Notes: generated from the letters alone by a model not told the origin. 64,000 nucleotides of DNA from Eledone cirrhosa (GCA_964016885.1 OZ024741.1:393142001-393206000), one strand, 5' to 3'. Counted from the stretch's first letter, positions 12,213 to 26,575 are shown. Numbers and translations are program-made.

Positions 12213-14529
12213 TATACACACACACACATATATTAAGTAAAGCGATGAAGTTTCATTTAAATGTAGTTAGTTTTTTTTTTATTGTGTATTAATCTGTTGC
12301 ACACATTTTTGGCTGTAGGTCACCTTTAGAAGTCATGTACCTGACTCCATTATCCATCTGCTCTGGTGATCCAACAAAATATAGTGTTGTGATCTGTGAG
12401 ATGTTGGGTATATATAAACATCAGACTTATTTATTTTCATGGATGTGGGCATGTGTAAGTATTTGAGTGCATAGACAACGCTACACGTGCATATATATAC
12501 ATATTGTCATGTGCATCTGTGTACGTGTGTGTTTGTGCTTTTGTTATTAATTGTGATGTTTATATATGTGCATAAGTCACAGAGTAAATAAATATATAAA
12601 TGAATGAATGAATGGACTCGTCCATAATGAATATAATAATAATAATAAAAACACAACAATAGCAATAATAATATTGTGTATACATATATATGTACACACA
12701 TACACATGCACGCACACATACACACGCATATATATATTGATATATATATATAGTGGTGATTTGGGAAGAGAGCTGATATATTATATCATATGTTCATACA
12801 TGGAACAATAGCGCCTCCTAAGATTAGGTCACAATTTATATCCCTCTTATAATCTGGAGGTTCGGTCAATATTGGGCCTTGAAACCTTAGGCAGTGCTTT
12901 TGTTTCATGTATGAACATAAATAAATAATATAATATATATACAATACACACACACATATATATAACTCATTTGTTTGTCTGTTTGTTTCCAATGCATTTA
13001 AAAACCAATCATGTTCAAACTTGGCATGTGAGTTCCTTAGACTGAGGAATAGGTTTTCCTTACACTTGAACCTATATTTATTTGTTTATATGTTTGTTTG
13101 ATTGTCAATCTGTGGTAACGGTGACCATCATGAGTTATCGTCTTCACTATGATGGAATGTGATAGAAAATAGAGAGAATGAAGAAGTGAGAATTTGAGAG
13201 AATATCACCACACGTGAAATTAAATAGAGCGCTGAAAGTCAAAGATGGAACTAAGCAAGTTAACAATGCATGAATAAGGAGAGAAAGAAAGGGAGATAAA
13301 AAAAACCGAAGAAAGTGAGTGACGTGTTCAACATAGTAGCTGACACTAAAGTAACAAACACACGCTCGATTCAGTATTAAACATCCCCCTCTTTCTCTCC
13401 TGCATGAAAGGAAGTGCAACTAAAACAAGTGAGTGACACACATTCAATCAACATAAAGCAACAAGGCACGTCTGCTTTAATATCAAAATCCGCTCTCCCC
13501 TCTATTTGACTGCATCACATTTCATCATACATATTTGTAGGTGTCATGAGAAAAAAAACACACAGTCCACGCTGTAATGTGGCCGTGTAGGTAACATGGT
13601 AAAAAGTTCCCAGTTCCCACTGTAAATGTGGTTGGTGTTAGGAAGGGCATCCAGCCGTAGAAAACCTGCCAGATAGTCCTATATGAGCGAGACATGGTCT
13701 CCCGACAAACCTTGCCTCAAGTGGGACAACTCCTGTCTAACCCATGCTAGCGTGGAAAGTGGACATTAAACGATGATGATGATGATATTTTATATCTTAT
13801 ATCTACTTCATATTTAGCCAGTGAACAAAAACGACCTCCATACCATTCGAGGACATTGTGTTTGTATTTTAACACATGCTAAGGAAACTTAGTAAGTCGT
13901 AGATGTAGTTGGCATTACCATGACTACCTACATCCTTTTTCCAAATTCAAGTTTCTAGATAGAAGTTTTAAAATGGAGGCAATGAAGAGGAGTTCCAACT
14001 AGATCCTGTCAGCAAAATCTCCATATGGTTTCAATACACAACAAGCTTCCAATATACAAATGGCTAAATGTAAGCCAAAGGGCCCCCAGGAGTCATGACA
14101 TAAATGCGATTTGGATCCCTTAGAGTGTAAGACGTTAAGGGCCGAAACACTTGCTTGAGAGTGTGTGTGTGTGGGGGGTTCTTATCTGAAGAAATTCTGC
14201 TGTTCAGCTCTCCTGAGAGTTTCTTAATATATTCCCTCGGTGTGTGTATATATGCCACATTTTCATATATAGCTCCGTGTTGATCAGCCTCTCATTAAAT
14301 TTTGGGTTATTTATTTGATTTATACTACTAAAAATAACACATGTGAAACCTGTAATATTATTTTGCATATTAATTTCCATTAGTTTTTAGTTGTTGTTTC
14401 CGAAAAGTAACTGAGAGTTAATGCAGTTAGTCCTCATTCAACAAAATTTTACTTGACTTAAGTCCATCATTAACAGAAAAATTTTAAATGTTTAGATAAA
14501 TAATACTGACATTGGAAGCTGCAAGCAAA

Positions 14530-15390
14530 ATATGCCCCCAAAGAATAGACCATCATTTGGAATAAAGTCTCATAAAGCTATGGCAAAGCACCTACAAGGG
14601 GAGAATGGAAGTGAGGAGCAGCAACAAGGAAGACTCCCCCCAAAAAAAGAACAAAGGTCAAAAAGGCTTGTTGAAGATAGGACAATGGATGTAACTATTC
14701 ATCAAGAGGAATCAGATGTATGAAAATCATCAAGACAGCAAATGGAGAGAAATATAGCAGCTCATAGGTGACATAAAAAAAATGAGGCTCAAACAACTCC
14801 TCAAAGGCTATGTGAACAAAGAGCAAGAACAAAAGATTTACTATTTCAAAAGGTTGTCGAATGGAACTTTGCTGCTTTTAGTTACATTCCACAGCATAAC
14901 TATGCCTCAGAACCTTTATTTGAATTTCCTCAATAAACAAAATGTGGTGCTAAAACATGGAATGGTGGGTCAACTGGATTGTGTTGTTTAAATGGAAGGA
15001 TTAAGTTTAGACTATTACCTGAACCACCAGAACCCTTGATGGGGTTGCTGATTGGTTCAACTACTGAATCAAGACACTTTCTTCAAAATATCCAGAAATA
15101 CAATAATGCATTCCAAATGACATCATTTGGTGCAAATGTCATCCATGAAGATGGCTTTATACCCACTTTCAAGGTCCAAAGGCAAGTGTACCATAGGATT
15201 GGACCACTTCAGCCACTTTCAGAAGAACCAAAATATTTACCACTGTATTTCATCAGTAATATGAAAACCCAAGCACAGATAAGATATGAAAAGAAAAAAT
15301 AAAGAAAGAATGAAATCATATTGCAAGATATGTTACATACAAGAAGCAGCTATATTAGAAGTTTCAAATATATCCTAGAAAAAGTTTTCA
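14530..15390 (+). mobile_element. Helitron RepHel N-terminal fragment
   Basis: CCLNGRI....LPEPPEPL..LL....ESRHFLQNIQKYNNAFQMTSFG....FKVQ.QVYHRIG.L. Confidence 0.9.
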
Positions 15391-15451
15391 ATGAAATTTC
15401 ATTATTTTCTTTAACCTGGGCAATGCCAGGTACTTCTGCTAGTGTATATAT

Positions 15452-15822
15452 CCAGCCCACACTGTAAAGTGATCATGTAGGTGTCACGACAAAAAGCACC
15501 CAGCCCACACTGTAAAGTGGTCGTGTAGGTGTCACGACAAAAAGCACCCAGCCCACACTGTAAAGTGGTCGTGTAGGTGTCACGACAAAAACCACCCAGC
15601 CCACACTGTAAAGTGGTCATGTAGGTGTCACGACAAAAAGCACCCAGCACACACTGTAAATATGGTTGGCGTTAGGAAGGGTATTCAGCCATAGAAACTA
15701 AGCTAGAAACAGTTCTGTGTGAGGAAGACACGATCCCCTGGCCCATCTTGCCTCAAACGGGACAACCCATCTAACCCATGCTAGTGTGGGAAAATGGACT
15801 TTAAACGATGATGATGATGATA
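15452..15822 (+). repeat. RTE/SINE 3' tail with 48-bp unit x4
   Basis: CCAGCCCACACTGTAAAGTGGTCGTGTAGGTGTCACGACAAAAAGCAC repeats; (GAT)n end. Confidence 0.9.
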
Positions 15823-15858
15823 TATAAATAGATATATATCTATATATGTAAATATATA

Positions 15859-15895
<37 letters not shown>

Positions 15896-16999
15896 TCATC
15901 ATCATCATTTAACGTCTATCTTCCATGCTAGCATGGGTTAGTCGGGAATTGTCCCACTTGTCTCACTCGTATAGGACTGTATCTGGCAGGTTTGCTAGAT
16001 GCCCCTCCTAATACCAACCACATTTACAGTGTGGACTGGGAGCCTTTTTACCATGTTTCCTACACGACCCCTTTACAGCGAGGACTGTGTGTTTTTATAT
16101 ATAAATATAAATGAATTATCATTTCATCATTTCCGTTTAACATCAATTTTGCCACACTTGCATGGGGTAGACAGGTCGTCCATGTCGGGAGACAAGTCTG
16201 GCCATGTGTCGCACCTTGCTGCAGCGAGGACTACAAATTTGACCAGGTATTTTACAGATGCCCTTCCTAATACCAACCAGGTTTACAGTGTGGAATTGGG
16301 TGGCTCAATTGTCAGTTAGCCGCACCGAACCCGTCGCACAGTGGAACCATATTTTTGGAGCCCGGTACTGGGAGGCTCTGACATGAGGAGCCTAGACCCA
16401 TCTCACAGTGTAGCCACAGTTTTGGGACAAGGTACTGGGTGGCACTGCTATGAGGAGGGGTAGCCACGCGAAACCCATCACACAACGTTACCACAGTTTT
16501 GGGGCCTGGTACTGAATGGCACCGCAATGAGGGGGGACAGGTGCAGAACCACAGATTGGGGGCCTGGCGTTGGATGGCACCGGTATGCGAAGGACTACTA
16601 TAAGGAGCGACAGGCCAGTTGGCCATGCCGAACCCTTCTCACAGTGACACCCCAGTTTCAGAGCTGGGCAATCTCCATGCAATGGACACTTCTCAATGTG
16701 AAACTGGACCCTGGCAGCCTCGGTTTCTCAGTACGAAACCACCTACATGACACCTATATGACCACTTTACAGTGTGGTGTGGGGACTTTGGTGCGAGGTG
16801 TGTGGGGATTGGGGAGGTGGATATTTAGCCATGTGTGAAGGGCGGAGTGTTAAGATGTGGGAGGTAAGTGGAAGAGGGATGAGGTGGAACATGTTAGATG
16901 TATACTTTAGCCTGTGCTCATGGGAGGTGTATGGAAGAGTGGGGTGAGGTTGAGGTGAAGGTGGTGTATACTTTATATATGCTTCATCTTGTGTTCATG

Positions 17000-18335
17000 G
17001 GAACGTGGATCTTCTGTATTACTGCATAATGACAAAGATCTCAGTCCTGTGTCATCACCTTTGAAAGGTGCAATTAGGCATGGTCAGCTTTTATCACCTC
17101 ATTCCAAGTCTTCCTGGGTCTCTTCAGTCCAAGGCTTCCATCAACTTTCAGCACTCTGCTCATTTTATACCACTGCCATACCAACGTAATCTCCTCTCCT
17201 GTACACAGCATCTGATTCCTCTTATGGCTAGTTTCTCACTAAGTTCGTTTACGCTTTGCCATTCACGTATATTACTATTACAGATCCAATGAAGCACAAG
17301 CTTCATTTCTTTCCAATCTATGCAAGTCTTCAGCAGACAGCACCCAGTTCTCACTACCATACAACATTGGTGTTCATATGCACGCATTATATTGTGTGCC
17401 TTTTGAAGGAAAAGCCTTTTGTAGCCAGCAGTGGTAGTAGCTCCCTGAACTTCTTCCATCCCGTTCTTACTCTGGCTACTGTACTTTCAGAACACACACC
17501 TCTACTGCTAATTTGGTCATCTAGGTAACAGAAGCTGTCTACTGTTTCTACTGAGCCCTCCCAGAATTTGGTAGTGCTTGTTTCCTGTGGTCTTTTGCTG
17601 CTTACTGTCCCGGTGCAGCTGCTACATGTAAAGCCTACATTCCTAACTAAACTTCCTGAGATCCTACAACATCTCTTGTGTACCCATAATTTGCATTTGG
17701 GACAGAGGGCGGAATTTCTACCTACACCTTTCCTACATACTGAGCAAGGCCACCTCCCTGAGGAGATCGGGGCTCTGTTTTCTCTTCTACTTACAAGGAC
17801 CTTTGTTAGGTTGACTTTAAGACCCTTTGTTTCTAGTCCTTGTTTTCATGTTTGGAATTTTTTCTCTAGTTCCACCATAGATTTTGCTATGTGTGTAAGA
17901 TAATCTGCGTACAGGAGTTCCCATGGGCTTCCGGTCTTAAACTCCTCTGTTATAGCCTGTAGTACAATGATAAACAGGAGTGGGCTGAGAAGAGAGCCCT
18001 GGTGCATGTCAGCCCGCATGCTAAATTCCTCGCTTTAGTCATTGTTAATCCTAACTTTGCTGACTGCTCCCTTATATGTGGCTTTTATAGCCTTCACAAG
18101 CCACTCATCTACTCCTAGTTTTCTAAGAGCCCACCAAATTATAGCATGGGTAACTCAGTCGAAAGCCTTTTCAAATCAACAAATGCCAGGTAGAGCAGCT
18201 TACTTTTAGCTAGGTACTTCTTCTGTAGCTGTTTCATCAAGAGAGCATCCGTGGTGCAAATTCAAATTGCATCTCATCTAGATTAACCCGGTCCCTAATC
18301 AGTTGCGCTATGACTCTTTCTGTTACTTTCATGAT
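17000..18335 (-). mobile_element. Degenerate RTE LINE RT fragment
   Basis: Reverse-strand similarity to the 6951 element (WELLYAD, RRLRWYG), with frameshifts. Confidence 0.88.
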
Positions 18336-18918
18336 CTATGTATGTATGTATATTTATATATAAAGTTTAACATGACAAAGTTTCACTTAAACATTTTTAT
18401 TGATAATCGACCATTACATATATTTCACAAATGATTGGCTCAAGGTCCATATGGATGTTATAGACATGACTCGACTCCAGTATCAATCTGCTGATCAGAC
18501 ATAGTGATTCAGTTAAAAATGATTACATCTCAGGGTATCCAACATCATAAGGAATATATATACACACAAGTAGCATAGTACCCATACAAAATTAAATATA
18601 TTTTATAATTTCTTCATTACAAAATAACATTCTACATAAGGATGCTTGAATCCTCAAATTTCCTCGTCACTCTGGTCCTCACCATATTTCATTTTACAAA
18701 CATTTAAATCAATTAAAATAATTTTCTTCCATATTTTCTGTGATCATTATCAAACATATAATTTTTAAATTATAAGGAATTTGTTCGGACTGCTATTGGG
18801 ATTTGTGATTCATTGTTGTTATTGTAGATAGATAAGTAGAGAGCTATAGATAGACAGATAGATAGACATAGCTAGCTAGACAGTCAGAAAAATAGATAGA
18901 TTAAATAAATTGACAGGT

Positions 18919-18959
<41 letters not shown>

Positions 18960-19081
18960 CAAAAGGGATATTTAATTTGTTGGTAATTCAACAAATATAT
19001 ATGTTTATAACTGATTTGAAGCACTTGACAGGATTTCTGGAGTATAATATTCAATGATATTAAATAAATGGAAACCATATT

Positions 19082-19142
19082 TATTCTATTATATATATTT
19101 CAAGGGTACCAACACTTTGGTACGCTCTCATCAGATAAAATA
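19082..19142 (-). ncRNA. Minimal type-I hammerhead ribozyme (inverted copy)
   Basis: Reverse complement of 19276-19336 with one change at the tip of stem II; intact CTGATGA/GAAA/TA core. Confidence 0.85.
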
Positions 19143-19275
19143 CAAAGTTTGTTTTATAAATATTGACATATCCAGGAAGATCTTAACGGTTCAAGTTTTT
19201 CCTGGATAGTCAGGAAAAACTTGAACCATTAAGATCTTCTTCCTGGTTATGTCAATATTTATAAAACAAACTTTG

Positions 19276-19336
19276 TATTTTATCTGATGAGAGCGTACCA
19301 AAGTTTTGGTACCCTTGAAATATATATAATAGAATA
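19276..19336 (+). ncRNA. Minimal type-I hammerhead ribozyme (Penelope-like)
   Basis: TATTTTAT-CTGATGA-GAGCGTACCAAA(GT)TTTGGTACCCTT-GAAA-T-ATAT-A-TA-ATAGAATA: 8-bp stem I, stem II with one C-C mismatch, intact core, AUA triplet, palindromic loop 3. Confidence 0.85.
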
Positions 19337-19381
19337 AATATGGTTTTATAAAAATAGTTTCCATTTATTTAATATCATTGA

Positions 19382-19415
<34 letters not shown>

Positions 19416-19424
19416 TTAAAAATT

Positions 19425-20477
19425 ATCATCATAATCATCATCGTTTAATGTTCATCAGAGGTAAGATGGGTCAGGTGACCATGTCATACTCATATAGAAC
19501 TGTTTCTGGCTAGGTTTCTACAGCTGGATGCCCTTCCTAATGCCAACCACATTTACAGTATGTGCTGGCTGCTTTTTGCCGTGATTCCTACACAACCACT
19601 TTAACAGTGTGGGCTGGGTGCTTTTTGTCGTTACACCTACACAACCACTTTAACAGTGTGGGCTGGGTGCTTTTTGTCGTGACACCTACACGACCACTTT
19701 ACAGTGTGGGCTGGGTGCTTTTTGTCGTTACACCTACACGACCACTTTACAGTGTGGGCTGGGTGCTTTTTGTCGTGACACCTACACGACCACTTTACAG
19801 TGTGGGCTGGGTGCTTTTTGTCATGACACCTACACAACTGCTTTACAGTGTGGGCTGGATATGTTTTGTTCACAGTGTAAGGGTGGTATGGACAGGAGTG
19901 GGTGAGTGGGGGTATAGTGGTTAAGAGGTGCCTACTAGGTGTATGTTTGAGTTTGTGCGCATAGGACGGCATGTCTTCTGAATTAAAACTCATCCTGTGT
20001 CATTGTCTTTGAAAGGTTTAGTTGCACAAGGTCTGCTTTTATCACCTCGTTCCAGATCTTTCTGGGCCATCCTACTCCAAGGTTTCCATCAATTTTGACT
20101 GCCCTGCACCTTTTTATACAACTGTCATCCTTCATACGCATCAGATGACCATACCAACGCAATCTCCTCTCTAGCATACTGCATCCGATCCCTCTTATGC
20201 CTAATTTCACACTTAGTTCATTTACACTTTGCCTTTACTTTGTATATTACTATTACACATCCATCAGAGCATGCATACTTCATTTCTTTCCAGTCTTCGT
20301 AGGTCCTCTGCACAGTGCCAGGTAACATTGATGTTCGTATATGTGCATCATACAATCTGCCCTTTATTTTAAGGAAAAAACGTTTTATAGTGGTAGTAAC
20401 TCTCTGAACTTTCTCCATCCCGTTCTTACTCTGGCTACTGTACTTTCAGAAAGCCCTCCTCAACTGCTGATTTCATC
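19425..20477 (-). mobile_element. RTE LINE 3' fragment with ~48-bp unit x6 in the 3'UTR (19552-19860)
   Basis: ORFs 19983..20210 and 20218..20418; tandem TTTACAGTGTGGGCTGGGTGCTTTTTGTCGTGACACCTACACGACCAC. Confidence 0.9.
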
Positions 20478-20753
20478 AAAAGAAATAAGTGACTATGTCA
20501 CTTATTTCTTTTCGGCGAAAGATGGGAGAGAAGCTGACAGTCTGTTTCATGCTTGTTGGTGTTCATCAGAGCCACGTACTCCTCTGCTTTCGTCGAAAAT
20601 CATAGAAGCTGGATTCTTATAGAATTCCAATAATAATCAGAAGCTGATTATACAGAGCGATTGCCAGTCCAGCAAAAATTAGGTATTAGAATTGGTGCTC
20701 TTGTCAGCTTCTCTCCCTTCTTTCGCCGAAAAGAAGTAAATGACATAGTCACT
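20478..20753. repeat. Inverted repeat (52-bp arms 20488-20539 / 20702-20753) plus a perfect 16-bp hairpin at 20478-20512
   Basis: Direct reading of complementary arms. Confidence 0.9.
20533..20572 (-). ncRNA. Degenerate minimal hammerhead (GUC site)
   Basis: GCT-CTGATGA-ACAC(CAACAA)GCAT-GAAA-CAG-A-CTG-TC-AGC. Stem II is restored as ACGC/GCGT if two CpG decays are reverted. Confidence 0.6.
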
Positions 20754-23479
20754 ACTTTAAAACTGATAGCGTATGGTCTTCTAAATGTTTTTAATTAAAC
20801 ATACGGTATATTGCCAAATATACTATACATACATTCATGTATACATCGCTATTTCAGAGCACCAATCCTAATATAGGTAGGTAAACAAATAGGTAGCTAT
20901 ATAGATAGATAGATCAATGTTTTTTCTTATTGTCCAAACTTCATATATATACATGTCTATATAAATAGAGGTTTAGTGTGTGCACACTGTATCATCTGGC
21001 CAGTGTGTGGTTCTATCATTTTGTTGATTTATCTGGGTTTCTCCCTATTCACTCTTTCTTTTCTTCTTTGTAGCTGCTTTCATTTCATTTTTAACCCTTT
21101 AGTTACCAATCTGGCCCAAACTGGCTCATTCTATGAAATAAAACCATCCGTTTTCAAGGTTTCCAATCTAAATTAAAATCTTCCAACATAATTTTATATA
21201 TGAACTTTACATATTTTAAAATATACCAAAGTTCTATATATCCTCTTTCAAAAGGAATTATCATAGTGCAAGTGTACAAACATTCAATGATACCTAGGTT
21301 TAAATGGATTGTCAAAGCTTTCTATTTATACAATAAATTATATATGCCACACTCATTTCCTCCTCTACCTTCCTATACTATCAGGGTTCTTAAGAAGTAG
21401 TGTAAGCCTGGTTTAATGCTGTTAACCAAATGGAAGATCAACTCTTTTGACAAGCCACCAGTCTATCACAGGTAGCATTCCCTGAAGATCTGGTACTTAT
21501 AACCTAGGCAATGCAAAATAAAGTGTTTTTCTAAATCCATAACTGAAACATTTACATCAGATGTAATTCTTACTGACCTGTCCACACAGAACTGCATTAG
21601 CAAAACATTATTGAAACGTAAAAAGCAACACTGTGACTGCATCACGTTAAAAATGAAAGTCTTTACTTTAATACTGCAAATTTTCACAATCTATCCACAT
21701 ATGAATTAGTAAACCTGGTTTGAAATATTTTATGTGAAATCATTACTAGTTGTATAAGTAGATACCGTAATATTGTATCTACTCAGTCACCTTATTTCTA
21801 TTATTGAACTAAAATAATTTCAAAATGACTGTTTTTTTTCAGGGCTTCTTATGTAATAAACAAGAAACCACTATGATTAGATCATCAACATGATGATCTA
21901 ATGAAGGGCAGAGGAAATAATTTATTCATTTGAGACCTTCCCTAAGAAATTACCTTCCAACAAATCAAATATCATTTTCATTAGTGTATGCCTAATTAAA
22001 AATGTAGATATATATTTAAAAGCATAATTTATCCTATAGAATGTAAGAGATGAAACAAGCATTACATATTCACATATAAATGTGAAAGCCTCACTTGCAA
22101 AATGCACTCATTAAGGAATTAAACAAAAACTTCCCTTGCTAGAAATAGCAACCAAATTCTCCTCAAACAACACCTTATCATCTTAAAAAAAGAAAGGACA
22201 CATTGTTTGAAATTAAGATGGAATGGACATGACTGGAATGTTGTGATCATGTTTTAGACCTAAAGCACTTAAGGCTAAACAATAACCGATGCATTCAAAA
22301 TGCTATTCTAAACAAACATTTACACACAAAACTGACAGAGGAAAGAAGCTTCAACACTCATAAAACGTAACTGTCTGATTTCTGATTTGACTGTTCCATA
22401 ACAAAGCCCCCTCATCATTTCTACAAGGCTCTACATTTTGTTAGTTTATTTTTAATGTTTCACCACCATGTTTTCATTTAATAAACTGGATAATTTTCGA
22501 TTAATTACATTTTCACTTTTTCATAAGCAATGTTGTGACATTCATCACTCGTATTATGTTTTTAATAATAAACTGAATAGTAACCACATTGACCATAACT
22601 TGTCTAGGCTCTCCTGGACAGAGGGAATATGTGAGTAGGGTGAGAGAGAGAGAGATGGCAGCTGTTTAAGAGAGAAGGAATTGGATATATCAGTTAGTAT
22701 GGAGTGCAGGAAGTAAAAGATACCATTGATGATGAGAGGAAAAGGTGTCTATGTGAAAATGGCTTAGTTAATAGTTTCAGAGAAATCAAAGCCTCCTTAG
22801 CAAAAGTAGTAGGAGGATAAAGCAAAACTCAATATTGAGGGTGTCAGTATTGTTTTGTGTGTCATATTAATGACTTTTTCACTAATTATGGGATAGAATG
22901 TATGTAATGACATCTGAAGAAGTGAAAAGTACATAAAACACATTTTTCTTAATGAGTTATTGATTGTTTAAGGCTAAAGTATTTTTCAGACCCCTAAAAA
23001 ATGTTAAAAAATTGCATCTTAAAATCTAGGTTACATGGAAATGATGATTATAGTTGTCGTTGCCAGTTGCATCATTGTTGTCATTGTCATCATCCTTATC
23101 ATTATTTTTACACCCGCTTTCCATGCTGGCATCAGTTGGACAAGTTGTCACATTCTGAGGCTTGACAGGTTTGATGACCTCATATTACTCATGTTCCCAT
23201 ATTTGGTATGATTTCTATAGCTTGGCATTACAGGGTGTACTAAGTGCATTTTTTCAAGGCACCAGCAATACCACTTTACAGAGTGGATTAGAAGCATTCT
23301 ATTGTAGCAACAGCACTAAAAACATTTTTACATAATAATCCAGAATGAAGAGTCCTGTCACATTCTTTATTGTTTTGGTTCAATTGCTTAATATTGTAAC
23401 CTTCAGTCTCTCATAAGGCTTTTTTATAATGCTGCTGTGGACAGGTCTTTTGAAATGTGACATATTGCGAGTGGGCTCT

Positions 23480-26400
23480 TTTCTGTATCATCTCTTTCAT
23501 GAGGTTATTTCTCACAACTTTGTCTCATGTCTTCTTTGGTCTCTCTCTCACACAGATTCCATCCATTTTAAGAGTTCGGCACATTTTTTTAAACAGCTCT
23601 CATTTTCCCTGTGCCCCACATGCCCATACCAGTGCAATCATCTCTCTTGCAAGCTACATTCAATTCCACTTATACTCAATTTTTATCTCGCTTCTCTTGT
23701 GCTCTATCGTTCATGCATACTAACATTACACATCTAGTGAAGCATGCTTGCTTTATTTCTTTTTAGCCATCACAAATCTTCTGCACTCAAGGACCATTTC
23801 ACACTGCAATGCAACATTTTAGTTTGAACACATTATATAATGTTCTTCAATCTGAGTGAGAAGCTTTTTGTTGCCAGCAGATGTAACTTTCTTCCACCCC
23901 ATCTTTACTCTGGCTACAACACTTTCAGTACATCCACCTCCAAGATTAATGAAATCACCTAGATAGCAGAAGCTTTCTACTACTTCTAGTGATCTTTCTC
24001 AGCATATGAAAGAACTTATTTCTTGAGTACCCTTACTGTTCACTACAACTGTGCATCTGCCACATAGTCTGCCTTTCTTGTCAGCCTACCTGTAATACCA
24101 CTACATCTCTTGTGTGTCCACTGACTACATTGTATGAAATTCCTACCTTCTCTTTTTCTACATATTGAGCATGGTCCTTTATGCTTACTACTAAAACCTT
24201 TGCCAGATCATCAGCATACAAGAGCTCCCACAGACAACCAGTCCTGAATTCCACTGGTATGGCCTGGAAGACAAATAGGAGCAGACTGAAGACTGAGCCT
24301 TAGTGGATCCCCACCTGCACACTAAACTCCTCATTGTACTCATTGCTGACTCTTACTTGTGCCTCTGTACATGGCCAGTGCAGCCCACACAAGCTAGTCC
24401 TCTATTTCTAATTTCCTAAGTGCCCACCAGATTACAGAGTCTGGCATTCTGTTAAAGGCCTTTTCCAGGTCAACCAATGCTAAATATAGTGCTTTACTCT
24501 TAGGTACTTTGCCTGCAGCTGTCTGACTAAAAAGATGGCATTGGTGATGTTTCCCCTGGACACAAAGCCAAATTAGTTTTGTCCCTAATCAGTTGCGCGA
24601 TAATTCTTTGTGACCTTCAAATCCTGATTCAATGGCTTGAACCTCCATAATTTCCTTTCTCTAATGTATCACCTTTACCCTTGTAACAGTTGACAATGAT
24701 GCTGCTATGCCAGTCATTGGGTATTACATCTTCCTTCACAACCTGATTAACTATGCCGTATGACTATTTTGTGGCCTATTCCACCAGATAGACTAAACCA
24801 TCACAGTAACAATCTCTGATGGGCCAGCTGGTTTTCCTATGTTGATATCCTTAACCGCTTTATCTACCATACTGCTGTCAACTTTGATGGCTGGTCCCTC
24901 AGGTCTACTTGGTATAAACCCTGACATTCCTATGAATTCTCATAGTAATACTTATATGCATCTTTCTTTTTGACATCAGTAAGTGAACAACTGTTATTCT
25001 GCACACACTTCTCTCCCACAACATTTCAGTTCCCATCATTTATGAAGATCATTAAATCGCAGCTCCAAGAACATCGTGAGCAGACCACCAGATAAGAGCA
25101 AGCTGGTTTCCGACCTGGGCACAGATGTTGCGACTAAATCTTTGCCCTTCGTCAGCTGCTAGAAGAACAAACACACTGTGGGCAGTGAATAGTGGTTTGT
25201 ATTCAAAGACTTGAGATACACCTTTGACTGTGTCAATTGCACCACCCTATGGAGATTGTTGGAAATCAAATAAGTGCCTCAGAAAATCATTGTGTTCCTA
25301 CACTTGGCCTATGTTGGTTCAACAGGCCTAGCTTGGATAAGAAATGACCTCTCCGAGGAATTCACCATCAGGACAGGCATGCGACAAAAAGATGTGGTTT
25401 TGCCTCTACTGTTCAATGTTAACATTGACAGCATCATACAGCAAGCTTTCAAAGGTTGAAATGGTGTACAATTTGATGGCAACAAATCCGTGACTGACCT
25501 TTTGCCTATGACAGCACCATTTTCACCGACAACGACGTCAAAGCAACAGAAATCTTACAGAACATTGCCCATTTCACTCGGCCTTATGGTCTCAGGATCA
25601 ATGCGAGCAAAAAAAAAGTTCTAACAACAGGTGGGTCACGGGCCATTGTTCATCTTGAAGGCATTCAATTTGAGATCCAGGAGTTCAAAATCTTGGCTCA
25701 CTGGTAGCAGAGAAAAAGTGGCGTCAACAGCAGAGATCAACTGTCGAATCAGGTTTGCGACTTCTGCGTTTCGATCCCTTCGATGTATGTCTGGAAGAAG
25801 CCTCATATCTCCCTAAGGACCAATATCCATCTTTTCTGTATGCTGGTTCGACCTGTCCTCTACAGCAGTGAGACGTGGACCATTCTCAAACAAGACCAGA
25901 ACAAGCTCAAGGTGTTCCAAATTTGATGTCTTTGTCAGATCCTTGGTGTCTCTCTATGCGACCAAATCTCAAACAACATCCAAGAACACTGCCAGCAGCA
26001 GCCAACCATTGAAGACCAAATCTGGCAACAGTGGTTTGACCACATCTGCAGGATGAGCATCAGAAGACTTCCACACCAACCTTTGTCATGACAGTGGCCC
26101 ATGCACTAGAAAATCCAGCACAGCGTACCAAAAAAGACATGGGCAAAACAAATCGAGGAGGACCTGAAATTGCAACGCCTCGATCTCAACCACACTAAGG
26201 TCAGTGCCATAGATAGAAAAGTGTGAAAGAACAATACCATTGGAGTCCATCATCCAGTGGCACGAGAGGAGCATATTGGTTGAAAGGACAGCCTCTCCCA
26301 ATTGCCAACTACGGATTGAAGATACTGTCTTATGATCCAGAACACTTCATACTTCTGATCCACACATTGCAGAACATTGGCAAACCTCATTCTTTCAGGC

Positions 26401-26575
26401 GCTTATCTTGTTAGATAGACCTGGCATCTGGCTTCTCTTCTAGCTACTTAATATAATTCCTCGCTATCCTTGGCCTTCAAAATTTTCAAAACCTGTCTCT
26501 TAGCTTTTATGGCCCTATCTACCGTACTGTTCCACCACCATGTCACCGTTGTTTGTCTGGTACCTTGCACCAATA
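23480..26575 (-). mobile_element. Old RTE LINE, interrupted by a plus-strand RTE-type LINE at ~25040-26320
   Basis: Minus-strand remnants (DWHSSIIVNCYKGKGD, LVDLEKAF, TWWWN) on both sides of a plus-strand RT (EQAGFRPG, G.RQ..V.LPLLFN, LYSSETW). Confidence 0.8.

Larger units (their letters stand above)
19047..19385. repeat. Foldback element with ~160-175-bp arms and 6-nt loop (19205-19210)
   Basis: Near-perfect inverted repeat with two small indels; (TA)n tracts at ~18930-18957 and ~19382-19399. Confidence 0.95.

Noticed and set aside
15452-19860. 48-bp tandem arrays as CRISPR-like repeats
   Set aside because: No unique spacers; the units are part of the RTE/SINE 3'UTR in a eukaryotic context.
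21876-21902. 12-bp hairpin ATTAGATCATCA-ACA-TGATGATCTAAT
   Set aside because: Isolated, AT-rich and without supporting context.
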